Positions 24,787 through 37,402 of a stretch of DNA of 64,000 nt are shown here, one piece after another (within the stretch, counting starts at the first letter, position 1; each line of letters opens with the position of its first letter). The DNA lies in the NCBI GenBank assembly GCA_951406725.2, contig OX597826.1, positions 9,300,001 to 9,364,000 of the forward strand, read 5' to 3'. The notes under the pieces were generated by a model. That model was not told where the DNA came from and made no database searches. It worked only from the letters and a program-made list of their open reading frames with translations. A program made the position numbers and the translations under genes. Source of the DNA: Octopus vulgaris (Eukaryota).

Positions 24787-27587
24787 GGTAATATTACCTT
24801 GCTTGGAAGTAGACGAGGGGTTGGTGACAGGAAGGGCGTATGGCCATAGAAAATCGACTTCTATGAAGTGGACTTTGAAACAATGATGATGATGATGTGT
24901 ATATAATCACACGTGTGTGTGTATGTCGATCCATACACTCGTGATTAGAGTGTTTTGCTCATGTTTGTTGTGGGTCCAATTACTGAACTTGTTAGTGTAT
25001 TGTATCCTTGTGGAAGGCACCTTGCATTGCTCCATTCTACTCAGTTGGGATGAGTACCAATCAGGAACTGCTGAAGTTCTCTCTTCCTTCAGCTCTTGCA
25101 TCCTGGATGCTCATGTGTGAGTGGGCAGAACTGGTTTCTGTGTCTGCTCATGGTTACATTGGCACCTAAAATAATTAGCAAGAACATGATACATGCTACT
25201 ATGCTATACGTTCACAGAAGTGGTGGCTATACTGTAAATACATATATACATGTATATATGTAAAAAAACACCCAGCATACTCTATAAAGTGGTTGGCATT
25301 AGGAATCGCATCAAACCATAGAAACCAAGCCAAAGCCTGGTACAGTCTTCTGGGACACCAGCTTTTGCAAAACCATCCAGCCCATGCCAGCATAGAAAAT
25401 AGATGTCAAATGATGATGATGATAGATATATATTCATTCTTTTTATTCTTTTACTGGTTTCAGTCATTAGACTGTGGCCACGTTGGAGCACCACCTTTAG
25501 TCGAATGAATCGACTGAAGGACTTATTCATTGTAAGCCGAGTACTTATTCTATTGGTCTCTTTTGCTGAACTGCTAAGCTATGAGAAATGTAAACACACG
25601 AAAATCGGATGTCAAGTGATGGTGGGGAAACAAACACAAACACACAAGCATATACATATGTATATATATATACAATGGGCTTCTTTCAGTTTCCATCTGC
25701 CAAATCCACTCACAAGGCTTTGGTCAGCCCAAGGCTATAATAGAAGACACTTGCCCAAGGTGCCACGCAGTGGGACTGAACCTGGAACCATGTGGTTCAT
25801 AAGCAAGCTGCTTACCACACAGCCATGCTGCACCTATATCATCATCATCATCCTCTAATGTCCCTTTTCCATGCTGGCATGGGTTTATACAGTTTGACCA
25901 GAGCTAGCAAGCAGGGGAGCTGCACCAGGTTTCAGTCTGATTTCACTTGGTTTCTATGGGTGGATGCCCTTCCTAATACCAACCACTTTACAGAGTGTGC
26001 TGGGTGCTTTTTATGTAGCACCATATATATATATATATATGTATGCATGTATACATACATGTAATGTATAGTTGATGTTAGGAAAAGCATCTAGCCATAG
26101 AAACCATGGAAAATGGATGCTAAATGAAGATGATTGTGTATGTATGTACAATGTGTGTATGTTTGTATCATCTATAAAAGCCCCTCCTACAGTTTGGCAA
26201 AGTCCTGATAGGTTTTATCATTCATCAAATAATAGGCACTGCTGTTATCCTTTTCTGTCTAAAAATGTACGCATGTAATTGGAACGCTGTCATTATTATA
26301 GTTCAACATTTAAAAGTCACATCTTCCAAAAGTTTGAAGTTAGCTTCAAATATCACAAAAAACAAAAAATTAATTTCTTCCATTGTTTCACACTTAAATT
26401 TGTTTATAATTTTGAAATATTCATGTTTTATGCCCTATAAATCAGACTGTTAATTTTCATAACGTTTGAATTATATTTCAAATTTTATAAAAGTTAAGTG
26501 TGATTTATAGAGCATAATGACTGAAGATTTTTAAAATATAAACAAATTTGAATGTAAAATACTGAAGCGATAAATTATGTTCTATCTTCCATGATATTTG
26601 AAACAACATGATAATTTTTTGAAAATATTTTTTTTTAATGTGTAATGACAGCATGGGCTGTGTGTGCGTGTACACACATATATATATATATTACCTATAT
26701 GGTTTTTTTTGTGAAATATTATTGTCTCCTTGTGTTGTTATAGATAGATACTGGTAGATCACGAAGTAAACATGATTTTATAGTTACATAGAAATTTAAA
26801 TGCGAAATAATGGAAGAACGAATTATTTTCTACTCTGTGCTAGATGAAATGATGTTTTAATAAGCAATTTCGGTAACCTATTTAAAGCATCAGACAGTTC
26901 TAGAACAATATTCATGGTCCGACTTCATTCTATGATCTCAAAGTAGTTGTTTGATATGTCTATGCAACATTATACTGTGAAGCTGACCAGAGAAGATGCT
27001 TCTTGGAAGATTATGCAGACTGATACGGATTGCATTCTCAGTCTTGCATTCTCCAAGCAAAGCAAGGAACCATTTTATTCTCATTTTTCTATGCTTGTTC
27101 ATCATCCTATCCTCAGCTCCTTTAGTGTCTCATCACAACAAAAGTCAAATCTATACTTTACCTTTGTCTTCTACAAGCACATTCTCATTGAAATTACTGT
27201 TGTTTCCACATATTTCAGCATCCAGGCAATAATGGGTTTCTCTGCTATGTTTGCATGTATACATAATAGACACGCATATCTAACCCACACAGACTCACTA
27301 TCTTCTCTCGTTGTCTCCTCTTTCTTCCTGCTTCTCCGAGTGCAACTACTATGGCCTTCCTGACCCATCTGACACAGCTGTTTCACCAACTTGTGTTACT
27401 CCTACTGCGTATAGACTTAGAACTTAGCTATGGAATTTGTATTTTAAAGAGAGAGTAAGCAGTCTGTTGAGGGACATTTGATGTCTATTGCTGCCATTAT
27501 TAATTGATGCTGTCACCATTTATTTGATCTATTCTGAATGACTTTCTGGTCTGCCAAGAGTGCCTATATTAGGTCACAGCTGCCTTT

Positions 27588-27620
<33 letters not shown>

Positions 27621-29144
27621 GTCAGAATTTTTGAGTCTATTTTCTTTTTGTTGCTGCTGTTCTGAATAACTCACAACTTTTTCTCCAAAGCAATTTCTTA
27701 AAACAACTTGTATGCTTCGTTAATTCTGTCTGTCTATGGTTTACAGCATTCCAAAGATTTCTAATGATGACTTTTGAAATAATTACCATAGCAATTCTAT
27801 AATAATAAAAACCTCGGCAAAACAACAACATAAAACACCATTTAAGCAACTTCTGTCACTGCCACCACTACCACCATCAAACATCAATATTGTTGTTGTT
27901 GTCATCATCATCATCGGCAGCAGCATCTTGTAGTAGTAGTAGTAGTAGTAGTAGTAGCAGCAGCAGCAGCCTGTTTCCTTATCTACATCAATATTAAACA
28001 ATTTATTGATTTCTTTCTTTCAATGTTACTGAAGTTTTCTTCCTCTTGGTAAGTTTTGATGATTTCAGTAGTAGTTCTTCCTGTTTTTCAGTTCCCTTGG
28101 GAACCAATACTAATATTTCTATCCTACCCTGCTACCCAGTAAATCCAGCAACCAAAAAAATTATATAGCCCAGACAATATTTTTTTTCTGTATGGGGTGG
28201 AGATAGTCAGACTAATAACAAATATTACCCCCTTTCCAACCCAATTCCATTTCCTTTCATGACCCTTCCAATCTATTTTGATTTGGAATTTAGGTCAATA
28301 AACTGTCCCTAAAGGAGGTTACGCTTTTTTCTTTCCTACCCCCTTTTTAATATCTTTCTTAATACCCCAAACACTTAAACATACTCTTCTTCTTTTCTTA
28401 CTTAAATCCTAAGATTGTCTTTCTTTATACTTTGTTTTGTTTTGTTTGTTTTTATTTTTTTAAGCATTCATGGTACCCCCCACCTCCACCACCACACTTT
28501 TTATGTCTTCAAAAATTATGAAATTATTTGTTATATGTCTACCATTATACCTAGTCTCAGAGTTGCTTGTTTTTGTCTCACTATAGTTTTCTGTTTCAAA
28601 TCGACTTTCTAGTTCCAAAGACTACACGCAAATATTATGGTAATTTCCTAACTTAACTATTGATTAAATTTGTTCATTCAGTCAATGATGAAGAAGGAGT
28701 TTTATGTTAACATTATTTGTTGGTCATTTATGTATGTATTCATTTATTTATTAGTAGATATCTAGTGGTTCTGTATGACCAGCAAACTTCCCCTCCTTAT
28801 CTATCTCTCCTCTTTCTCATCCCGTCCTCCATTTTCTGGCATATTTCCAATTTAACTAGCCATTTCTTCTTTTGTTGTTGTTATATCCATGACAACAACA
28901 AGAACAATGAAGAGATATCAGCACTAGAAAGTGGAGATGCTTCAGAGTATTAGGGTGAATAGAAATACTTAGATAAAATTCGGAAGTCCAAGTGTTATCG
29001 AAGGATATTTAATAACTTAATCTTTAGCAACCAAACTTACTTGATATAAGGACTGACCTGACTTAAGCAACAACAACAGCATTTTGAAGGGTCTCGTTGT
29101 TGTTTAGACCCAGGTCAGCCCTGATTGAGCAAGTCATTTGTGAC

Positions 29145-29406
29145 CAGTGCCAGCGCTAGGAAGTGCAGGACCCAATTAGAGAATTGTCAGTGAGGCCCTC
29201 TTCTCTACAAAAGATAACGTTTTATGTTTTGTGTAGTATGCCAGTCCCAGCCAAAAGGTATTGAGGGCTTGAGGCTCTGTCATTAGCCACAATGATGTAC
29301 TATAACTTCATCATAGCATCCTCCACTCGAGCGTGTGCATGGGGTTCTTTCTTGGTGCAGGGCCCAATTTGAACAAATCCGTCTAATTGGCTTAAAACCA
29401 GCCCTA
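29145..29406. mobile_element. Degenerate hAT-like MITE
   Basis: CAGTGCCAG...CCAGCCCTA termini; flanks TTTGTGAC/TCTATGAC (6/8). Confidence 0.5.
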
Positions 29407-30574
29407 TCTATGACCATCTTACTTTGGGGTAATTGGGGGAATTTGGGGATTGAATGACCAGATTATGAATCTTCAATTCGGATCAAAAAACTTTTGGTTT
29501 GATGCCATTCCAGCCATGCCCATTGTTGAGTATTTAGGTAGCATTACTTGTACTAAATCTGACCAGACATTTTGTTTGTGACTCTAATGCAAGAATGGCT
29601 AGCATACTGCCAGTGGGCTGGTTATGGCCCCCAACTCAGTTTTGTAAAACAAATTTTTATTTTGAAATATTGTATAATATACATCACTAGCATTTGTTGG
29701 GACTAGGTGCCCAACCAGATTTAAGATTAACACTGTTTCTGATTAGTCAAATCAGCACATCTAAGAGAATCTTTTCTATCTCAACCAATAAGAAAGAAGC
29801 TTATGGATCCATACACTGAAGAATGTGACCCATTTCCTTTTTGTCTATACAGGCAAAGCTAAATGGAAATAGTTCAGTTCTTTTTTGTTGTTTTCTTTTC
29901 AAATTTATGCACCCAGTTGTCTAGTGATATATATTCAGATGTATATATATCTGAATGGATTCTAGTGATATATATAAACAATAATAAAAGGTTTTGCAGC
30001 TCAAACAATGCAAGATTTCTACCAAGCATTGAAATTTTAAAGAACTGTGTGTATTCGTTTAGACTATTTCTATCTTCTTTCTTACTGCATGGACTCTTAC
30101 TTAAAGAGAACTGTAATACACCAAATAGAGGAGGTTTTCCAACACGTCTCTGCAACACAACTTTTACTAACATCTCATGTTTTTCCTTTCTTTATTGTTG
30201 ATAAAATTGGTATAACATATATTGATCCCTTTAACCATTTACTTTGACTTACATTACAAATAGGGATTTTGGGAATGATTGTCCCTATCTGACTTCTGAT
30301 ATCTACTTTATGCTTCAAATTGGCCTCCAAAGCCAAATGAGTTTGACATTCTTGCTCCTAAGCATGTGTGGCATTTAGACATATCACTTTTCATTGTGAC
30401 TTCAAATCATGCCAAACTCAACTCTCTTTCATCCTTCATGAGTTGATGAAATAATTACCAGTCAAGTACTGGGATCAATGTAATTGACTGTATTACACTG
30501 CAACAAAATTTTTAGCCAATGTTAGAAATCAATATTTATTGTAAATATTGGTTTGTATATGAAAGAATCGTTAA

Positions 30575-30794
30575 CCATTTAGCATTTAAACCAGCCATAT
30601 TCAGCTTAAATATTCAACTTGCTTTTATATTCAAACTGGCCATTTCTGGCCTCTCACACCTACTTACAATGTCATTGTAACAATAAGCAATTACATCGTT
30701 GAAATTTTAAAGCTATGAGATGATTCATGATTAATTCAAAACAATGTGAAGAAATGAGCATTTCATTTGAAAGAGTAATCTATATGCTAAAGTG
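30575..30794. mobile_element. piggyBac-like MITE
   Basis: TTAA on both sides; CCATTTAGCAT / ATGCTAAAGTG imperfect TIRs; homologous to 5885-6076. Confidence 0.7.
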
Positions 30795-30890
30795 TTAATA
30801 ACACTAGAATTATCATATTCCTTTCCTACACTCAAACATCATGGGGGAAAGTCAGAATGTCCACTAAAAGCTGTCTTAAAGGAGGACCTA

Positions 30891-31034
30891 CAGTCATGGC
30901 CAAAATTTGGAACATAAGTCTGAAAATTAGAATTTATATATTAAATGCCCAAAGTTATATTTGAACCAAATTGTACTTGGGCATAACAATTTAAATTTTA
31001 AAAAAAATATGTTCCAAACTTTTGGCCATGACTG
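30891..31034. mobile_element. Tc1/mariner-type MITE (144 bp)
   Basis: CAGTCATGGCCAAAA..TTTGGAACATA TIRs; TA on both sides. Confidence 0.85.
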
Positions 31035-32562
31035 TAATTGTATGATGCAATCCAGTATATACCATTCCTCAGAAAAGACATGACTTGAATGCCTGTCATC
31101 ATTGGTATATCAGGTTATGACTGACCTGGTGCTAAACAACATCAGCCACTTGGTCTTTGGATGTCTTTAGCAAATATCCAGCCCAAACTTCTAATCCATC
31201 AACACCCATTTTATTTTTCTGCAAATGTTGATCTATAGGATGGGTGTTAACACCCCACCATCAATCCTTCCAAAAAAGAAAGCCTGCAAAGATCATAAAC
31301 ACTGCCTTTCACCTTCTGATTAACTTCTTGTAAATGCAGAAGAAAGATGTCATTAGTTTTTAAATGCTGTGAAGAAGTCAGTGAAGTGAGATTTTGAGAA
31401 AAAGAGAGTATTTAGTGAAATAACTTGCCAATTGGTTAATAGGGCCGAAAGAAAGAAGAGAATAAGGCAGTGTTTTTTTAACCTTTATTTTCATGTACTT
31501 CTCTCCTTTATCAGTTTCACTATTCCAATCCCACACACTTCACATTTGCTAAGAGGAAAAGCAGTCCTATTCACAACACAATTCATTGCTTAATATTAAG
31601 AACCTTATATTACTTAGAATCCTTAAAAAAATCAAAACTTAGGAAAATAAATCTAGCAAAAACTGTGCCAATAATGATATTGTTCAACCTAAAAGCAATT
31701 TCCTCCAATGGAATTCCAAAATTACCCCTGAATCATAAAATTTCTCACTTGGATGAAAATTTTCCCTAGATTAAGTAAATAGAATTATTATATCCTGTAA
31801 CAAGGTGTTTCATTGTTGGGAAAAATATGAAATATTTTTTTATCAAAGGAAAATAAAGAAAATTTCATTTCAAACACTTATATTTATCGTATTATGTACC
31901 CCAAGCTAACAAACAGTTTGAACACCACCAACCTGTGGAGCAAATTGAATTTTCTGTTGAAGCCCTTTGAACATGACATGTTCAAATTTGTATCATGGCC
32001 TACCTTCAGTACTCAACAAGAAGTGTATTATGCTGTACTTCTTGTTTAAATTCATGCCAACCTTGAACAGAAAAATCTGGAACAAAAAGTATTTTAATCA
32101 TGACCAAGGTGTTTCTATATATGCAACGAAACATTAAACTAGAAATCCCCAAATGAGTATTATCCTTACCATAATTAGAATCCCAATAAAGAACAATCAC
32201 ACAATATTAATGTATGGTATGATATATATATATATAATAAAATCACCATAAGCCAAGAAGCCAAGAACCCATAAGCAAGTTCAGTCTTACAAGAACTAGA
32301 ATTCCAATGAAGGTTAATTTAAAACCACGAAAACGCAAAATACAGTCAATAAGCATATCTAATGTATACATTTCATCTTCAGCTGTCATACACACACACA
32401 TATTATAACTGAAAGGCTCTAACTTCCAATTTTGTATATGGCATTCACAAAGATTTTTAAACCAAAGCACATAAGGATAAGCGTTTTCTTCAAACTTTCA
32501 TTCCATATTTCAAATAAATTATCAGACAGTGAATATTTCAAAAGAGAAGCATGCTTAGTTCA

Positions 32563-32600
32563 CCAGCTGATGATCGGAAATGAGTAACCCTGAGTACTGG
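32563..32600 (+). ncRNA. Degenerate minimal hammerhead ribozyme
   Basis: ccag-CTGATGA-tcg gaaa tga-GTAA-ccctgag-TA-ctgg; A13 mutated; downstream 32598-32625 has an inverted copy at 32401-32428. Confidence 0.6.
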
Positions 32601-35600
32601 AAATTGGAGCCTTTCAGTTATTATGTATTAAAGAATACTCTACTTTTGCATTGAGCTCTGTAATTTATTGTTTCTGGTGAATCAACAGAGATTTCATCAT
32701 CATTTGATGTCTGTTGGCATGGGGTGGACAGTTTGACAGGAGCTCACCACCCAGAGAGCTGTCCAGGCTCCTGTTGTCTGTTTTGACATGATTTCTACAG
32801 CTGGATGCCCCTCGTAATACCAATCACTTTACAGAGTGTGTTGGGTACTTTTTACATGCTACCAGCATGGAGGCTCTTATGTGGCACCGGCACCAGTACA
32901 TTTTATGTGGCACCAGCATCCATAAGAGAAAGCCCTCTCAGCTGTGAGAAGGAGTGGGAGCTGGCAGAATTGTTAGCACACCTGGCGAAATGCTTAGTTC
33001 GTCCTTATGTTCTGAGTTCAAATTCCGCTGAAGTCAAGTTTGCCTTTCATCCTTTCGGGGTCGATAGATTAAGTACCAGTTGAGTGCTGGGGTCAATGTA
33101 ATCAACTAATCCCCTCCCCACAAATTTCAGGCCCTGTGCTTATAATAAGAAAGGATTATTATTATTAAGAGGTTGACTTTGTCTTTTACCCTTCCAGGAA
33201 CAAGAAAATTTAGTACCAGCTGAGTACTGGAACCAGTGTAATTGACTTGCTTTCCCCACTCCTCTAAAACTTGCTGGCCTTGTGCTAAAATTAGAAACAA
33301 TTATTTTTTTTGTTATTATTATGGTATGTAACGTTGAGCTTGCAGAATCATTAGTGCATCAGATAAAATGCTTAGCATCATGTCATCAATCTTTACATTC
33401 TGGGTTTAAATTCTACCAAGGTGCACTTTGTCTTTCATCTTACAGGTTCAATGAAATAAGTACCAGTTGACCCCTGGGGTCAGTGTAATTGACTCACTCC
33501 CTCAAACTTGCTGGCTTTGTGCCAAAATTTGAAACCATTATTATAAAAAGCTATTATAAAAAAAACACCATCATTCTCATTATTATTAATATTATAAAAG
33601 AAATTGCTATCATACTCTAGCTTCAGGTTGACCAAAGCTTTGTGAGTGGATTTGGTAAACAGAAACTGAAAGAAGCCCATCGTATATATGTATATATATA
33701 TATGTGTGTGTGTGTCTGTGTTTGTCCCCCCAACATCGCTTGACAACTGATGCTGGTGTGTTTACATCCCCATAACTTAGCGGTTTGGCAAAAGAGCCCG
33801 ATAGAATAAGTATTAGGCTTACAAAGAATAAGTCCTGGGGCGATTTGCTCAACTAAAGGCAGTGCTCCAGCATGGTCACAGTCAAATGACTGAAACAAGT
33901 AAAAGAGTATCATCATCATCATCAGTGGTGATTCACCAAGCCACATTCACAGCCGAAATACCTCAGCTTCACTGAATGCAACATTGAATTAGCATATAAC
34001 ATTCAGCATTCCTCAAGACCCAATTCTGTGTGTAGTCTCTCGACCTAGAAACAACACACCAATTCTCTCTCTCTCTCATCACATTCTACCATCTTAAAGA
34101 ATGAAGGACAAATACTACAAGGATTTAGTTCTAGATATACTAATCTACAAGAAAAAAAAATGCAGGATAATCATAGATGGAATGTCTTTGATCATAGTTT
34201 TGTTGGTTCAAAACTGGCCTGAGCTGAAGTAACAACAACATATGGCTCTTTAAATTGGGCCTCTACTGACTTTGCTATCTCCACTGATAACAAAACATAA
34301 TAATAAATCATCCACAAAAGTTTTAAAGAGAAAGAAGCATTTCTCTATAAAATATTTGAAATTACATTTATCATAGCCATTTCCTGATTGACTAGACAAG
34401 CAGTTTCCTAAACCAAGTTCTTCTAACTTCCTGTAGTGTTGATCTTCTGCGAGTATCCCATAAGGATTCTGCCAGAGAATTTCTTTAACCTTTTGCTTGT
34501 TGGCCCATAAACCATAAACTTAATTCATACCATAAATAATGTGAGATGACTTCAAGTCATTGGGCAATACTCAGCATATGTAGCTGAAAAATAAAATGTC
34601 ACTATTAGTTATTTATATGTAGAAGAAAAAAAGAAGAAAAAAAAAACCTTAAAAAAGAAATCTAATGACACCTGCTTTGACTGTATATGTAAGTGTATGA
34701 ATTGATAAAGCAATCAATCCTACAGGTTCAGACACGACCATGTGGTTAAGAAGTTGTAACTAGATGATCCTAGGTTCAATCCCACTTTAGTCATATGAGT
34801 TTCTTTGTGAATATACATGTGTGTATATGTGTGTGTTTGTTTATGTTGTGTCCCTCTGTGTCTTGTAACTTAACAGTTCAATAAACAGAGAATTATAAAA
34901 TAAGTACCAGACTGTAATAATATTGGAGTCAATATTGTCCATTAAAGCAGAACCAAAGCATAGCTGCAGTTTATTGACAAAAGCCAGTGGAAGAGTGAGT
35001 TTTTTTTAAAATGCTAATTTGGAAAGAAAAGATATGTAAAAATGATATTGAGAAAGAAGAGAAAATTTTGATTGATAATATCGACTTCTTTTTTTATTTG
35101 GGGAAAAAAAAAAAAGAAAAAAAGGTTTTTGTAAAGAATGGCATGCAGTTGAATGAATTATGTGCTATATACTCCTCCTTATTTTATCAATCTCTGATAG
35201 ATAAATATGTAAAATTAGAGCCGGGTGAGCTTTGAACTCTGAACACAGAGAATAGAAACTAAACACTTGAAAATTTATAATTTCTAAGACAATTAACCTT
35301 ATCTTTAGCCCTTTTTAAAATCAGTCTCCTTAAGACCACCCTTGGTTATTAGATCAAAACTTCTGGTTTTCAAATAATACAAAATTTCAGGTTTATCTAT
35401 GTTCCAAACACCAGCTTAATAATGGCAAAGTTATTTTACTAAATTCTTCATTATTTTCAAATGGAATTGAAATAAGGTTAGAGTATTTTAACAAAATATG
35501 GTAACAAAAATGTTAAAGATGAAATATCGTAATATATAAAAGTGAAAGTATATATATTCTAATTTTGCATCCTGGTAGCAGAATTTTTGCATAAGGGTAT

Positions 35601-36091
35601 CTCTTTTCAATGAGATTGTATCAGACTATGTGACTTTTAGGTTCTATATCTATTTAATTTTTACAAGTTTTTATGAAACCCCACTTGAACCATCTTCTAA
35701 ATTGCTTGGATGCAACAATTATGAATGAATCAACATTCTCTGAGCAGTTGAAAACTATCAGCATTTATCCATGGGTGTGCAGGTATTTTGAAAATACTTT
35801 ATGGAATGGCAACCATTCTCTGCATGGTTATAGGCTGCCCTTTGGCAAGGCATAGCACCTGTCCAGTCACCCTGCCAGAGATATAGCAAAGTGGGATTGC
35901 AGCATGGCAGATTGTGAAGAGGCAGCAGAAGAGCTCAACTGAGCCAAAAATGCTTCTTACATTGAATGCTGAGCAGAGGAATCTTAGATCAACGGTCAGA
36001 GTCACCCAGCCCTCTCAAGAGAGTAACTGCAACACATCCATACAGGTGGCATCCATGGTTGTGTAATTAGCTAATGAAAAATTCACTATGA

Positions 36092-36121
<30 letters not shown>

Positions 36122-36125
<4 letters not shown>

Positions 36126-37402
36126 GTTGAGTAAAAAGTAAGCAATATTTTGAATCATGAAGAATTTGTACCGGATTTCTACAGGGGTTTGAATTTTTTT
36201 TAAACATTTTTTTTTGCAATTGTCTGATGATACAGACATAAACTTGCCCAAAAGCATCAATAAATTAACATTGATGTTTTTTTCACTGTTGTTACAATAA
36301 TCTGAAATGTCAAAGTACGATATTCAAGCAACTTTGCTGTTCAACTTCAAAAAAGGATGTAAAGCAGCTGAAACTGCTTACAATATCAACAAAGTGTTTG
36401 ATGAAAAAATGATCAGTGAGAGGTCAGCTCGAAAATAGTTTAAATGATTTTGCAGTGGATACCTGAGCCTTGAAGATTTTGAGCGTATTGGATGTCCATC
36501 TGCCATTGATGATGGTCAATTAAAGACTGTCATTGAGAAAGATCCACGTAAAGCCGATCGTAAACTGGTAAAAGAACTTTAGTTAGTCGGAAAACTGCCT
36601 GCAACCATTTGCATGCGATCTAAAAATCAAACAAGCACGACAAATGGGTTCCACATGGTTTGAATGAAAATCAGAAAATGCGCAGATATGAAATTTACCC
36701 GTCACTTCTTCTTTGTAACCAGACAAATCCATTTCTCAACCACATTGGAACTTGCAATGGAAAGTAGATTCCGTACAATAATAAAAAGCATTCTCCACAG
36801 TGGTTGGACCAAAATGAAGCACCGAAAACCTTCCCTACATCCAGGCTCTTCAAAAAGAAAGTTATGGTGACTGTTTGGTGGTGTACTGCTGGACTCATCC
36901 ACTATGACTTCTTAAAACTCAGAAAAACCATTACTGCAGAAACATATTGCCATGAAATTGCCAAAATGAATGAAAAACTGTGACTCCTCCATCCCAGACT
37001 GGTCAAAAGAAGAGGGCCAATCATTCTTCATGACAATGCTTGACCACACATTTCACTAATGAAAATCCAGAAGTTGAGGGAACTAAGCTATAAAGTTCTT
37101 TTCCACCCAGCTTATTCCTCAGACCTTTCTCCTACCAACTACCAATTTTTCAAGCACCTTGATGGTTTCCTGCAAGAGAAATAGGTAAAAACTCAAACTG
37201 ATGCTGAATATTTGTTCAAAGACTTCATCAGCTCCAGAACTCCAGATCTTTATGTTACTGGAATAAACAAACTTGTAACTCATTGGCACAAATGTGTTGA
37301 TTTTAATAGTACTTACTTTGATGAACAAAATTTCCACATTGTTGAAATATATTGTGATGAAATTCATGTTTCAAGACATTGCTTACTTTATACTCAGCCT
37401 GA
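36122..37402 (+). mobile_element. Full-length (1281 bp) mariner element, Hsmar1/cecropia-like
   Basis: TIRs TCAGGTTGAGTAAAAAGTAAGCAAT / ATTGCTTACTTTATACTCAGCCTGA; TA left, TG right. Confidence 0.92.
36307..37325 (+). pseudogene. mariner transposase pseudogene (stops and frameshifts)
   Basis: MSKYDIQATLLFNFKKGCKAAETA..., WVPHGLNENQK, IILHDNA*PH, PAYSSDLSPTNYQFFKHLDGFL (WVPHEL and YSPDL motifs). Confidence 0.92.

Noticed and set aside
32359-32386. Minus-strand CTGAAGA-t-GAAA-tgtataca-TT hammerhead-like string
   Set aside because: Stem II is absent and stem I does not pair.
34437-34488. Possible terminal exon after TTCCTGTAG (VDLLRVSHKDSAREFL*)
   Set aside because: Too short, no homology evidence; expected by chance.
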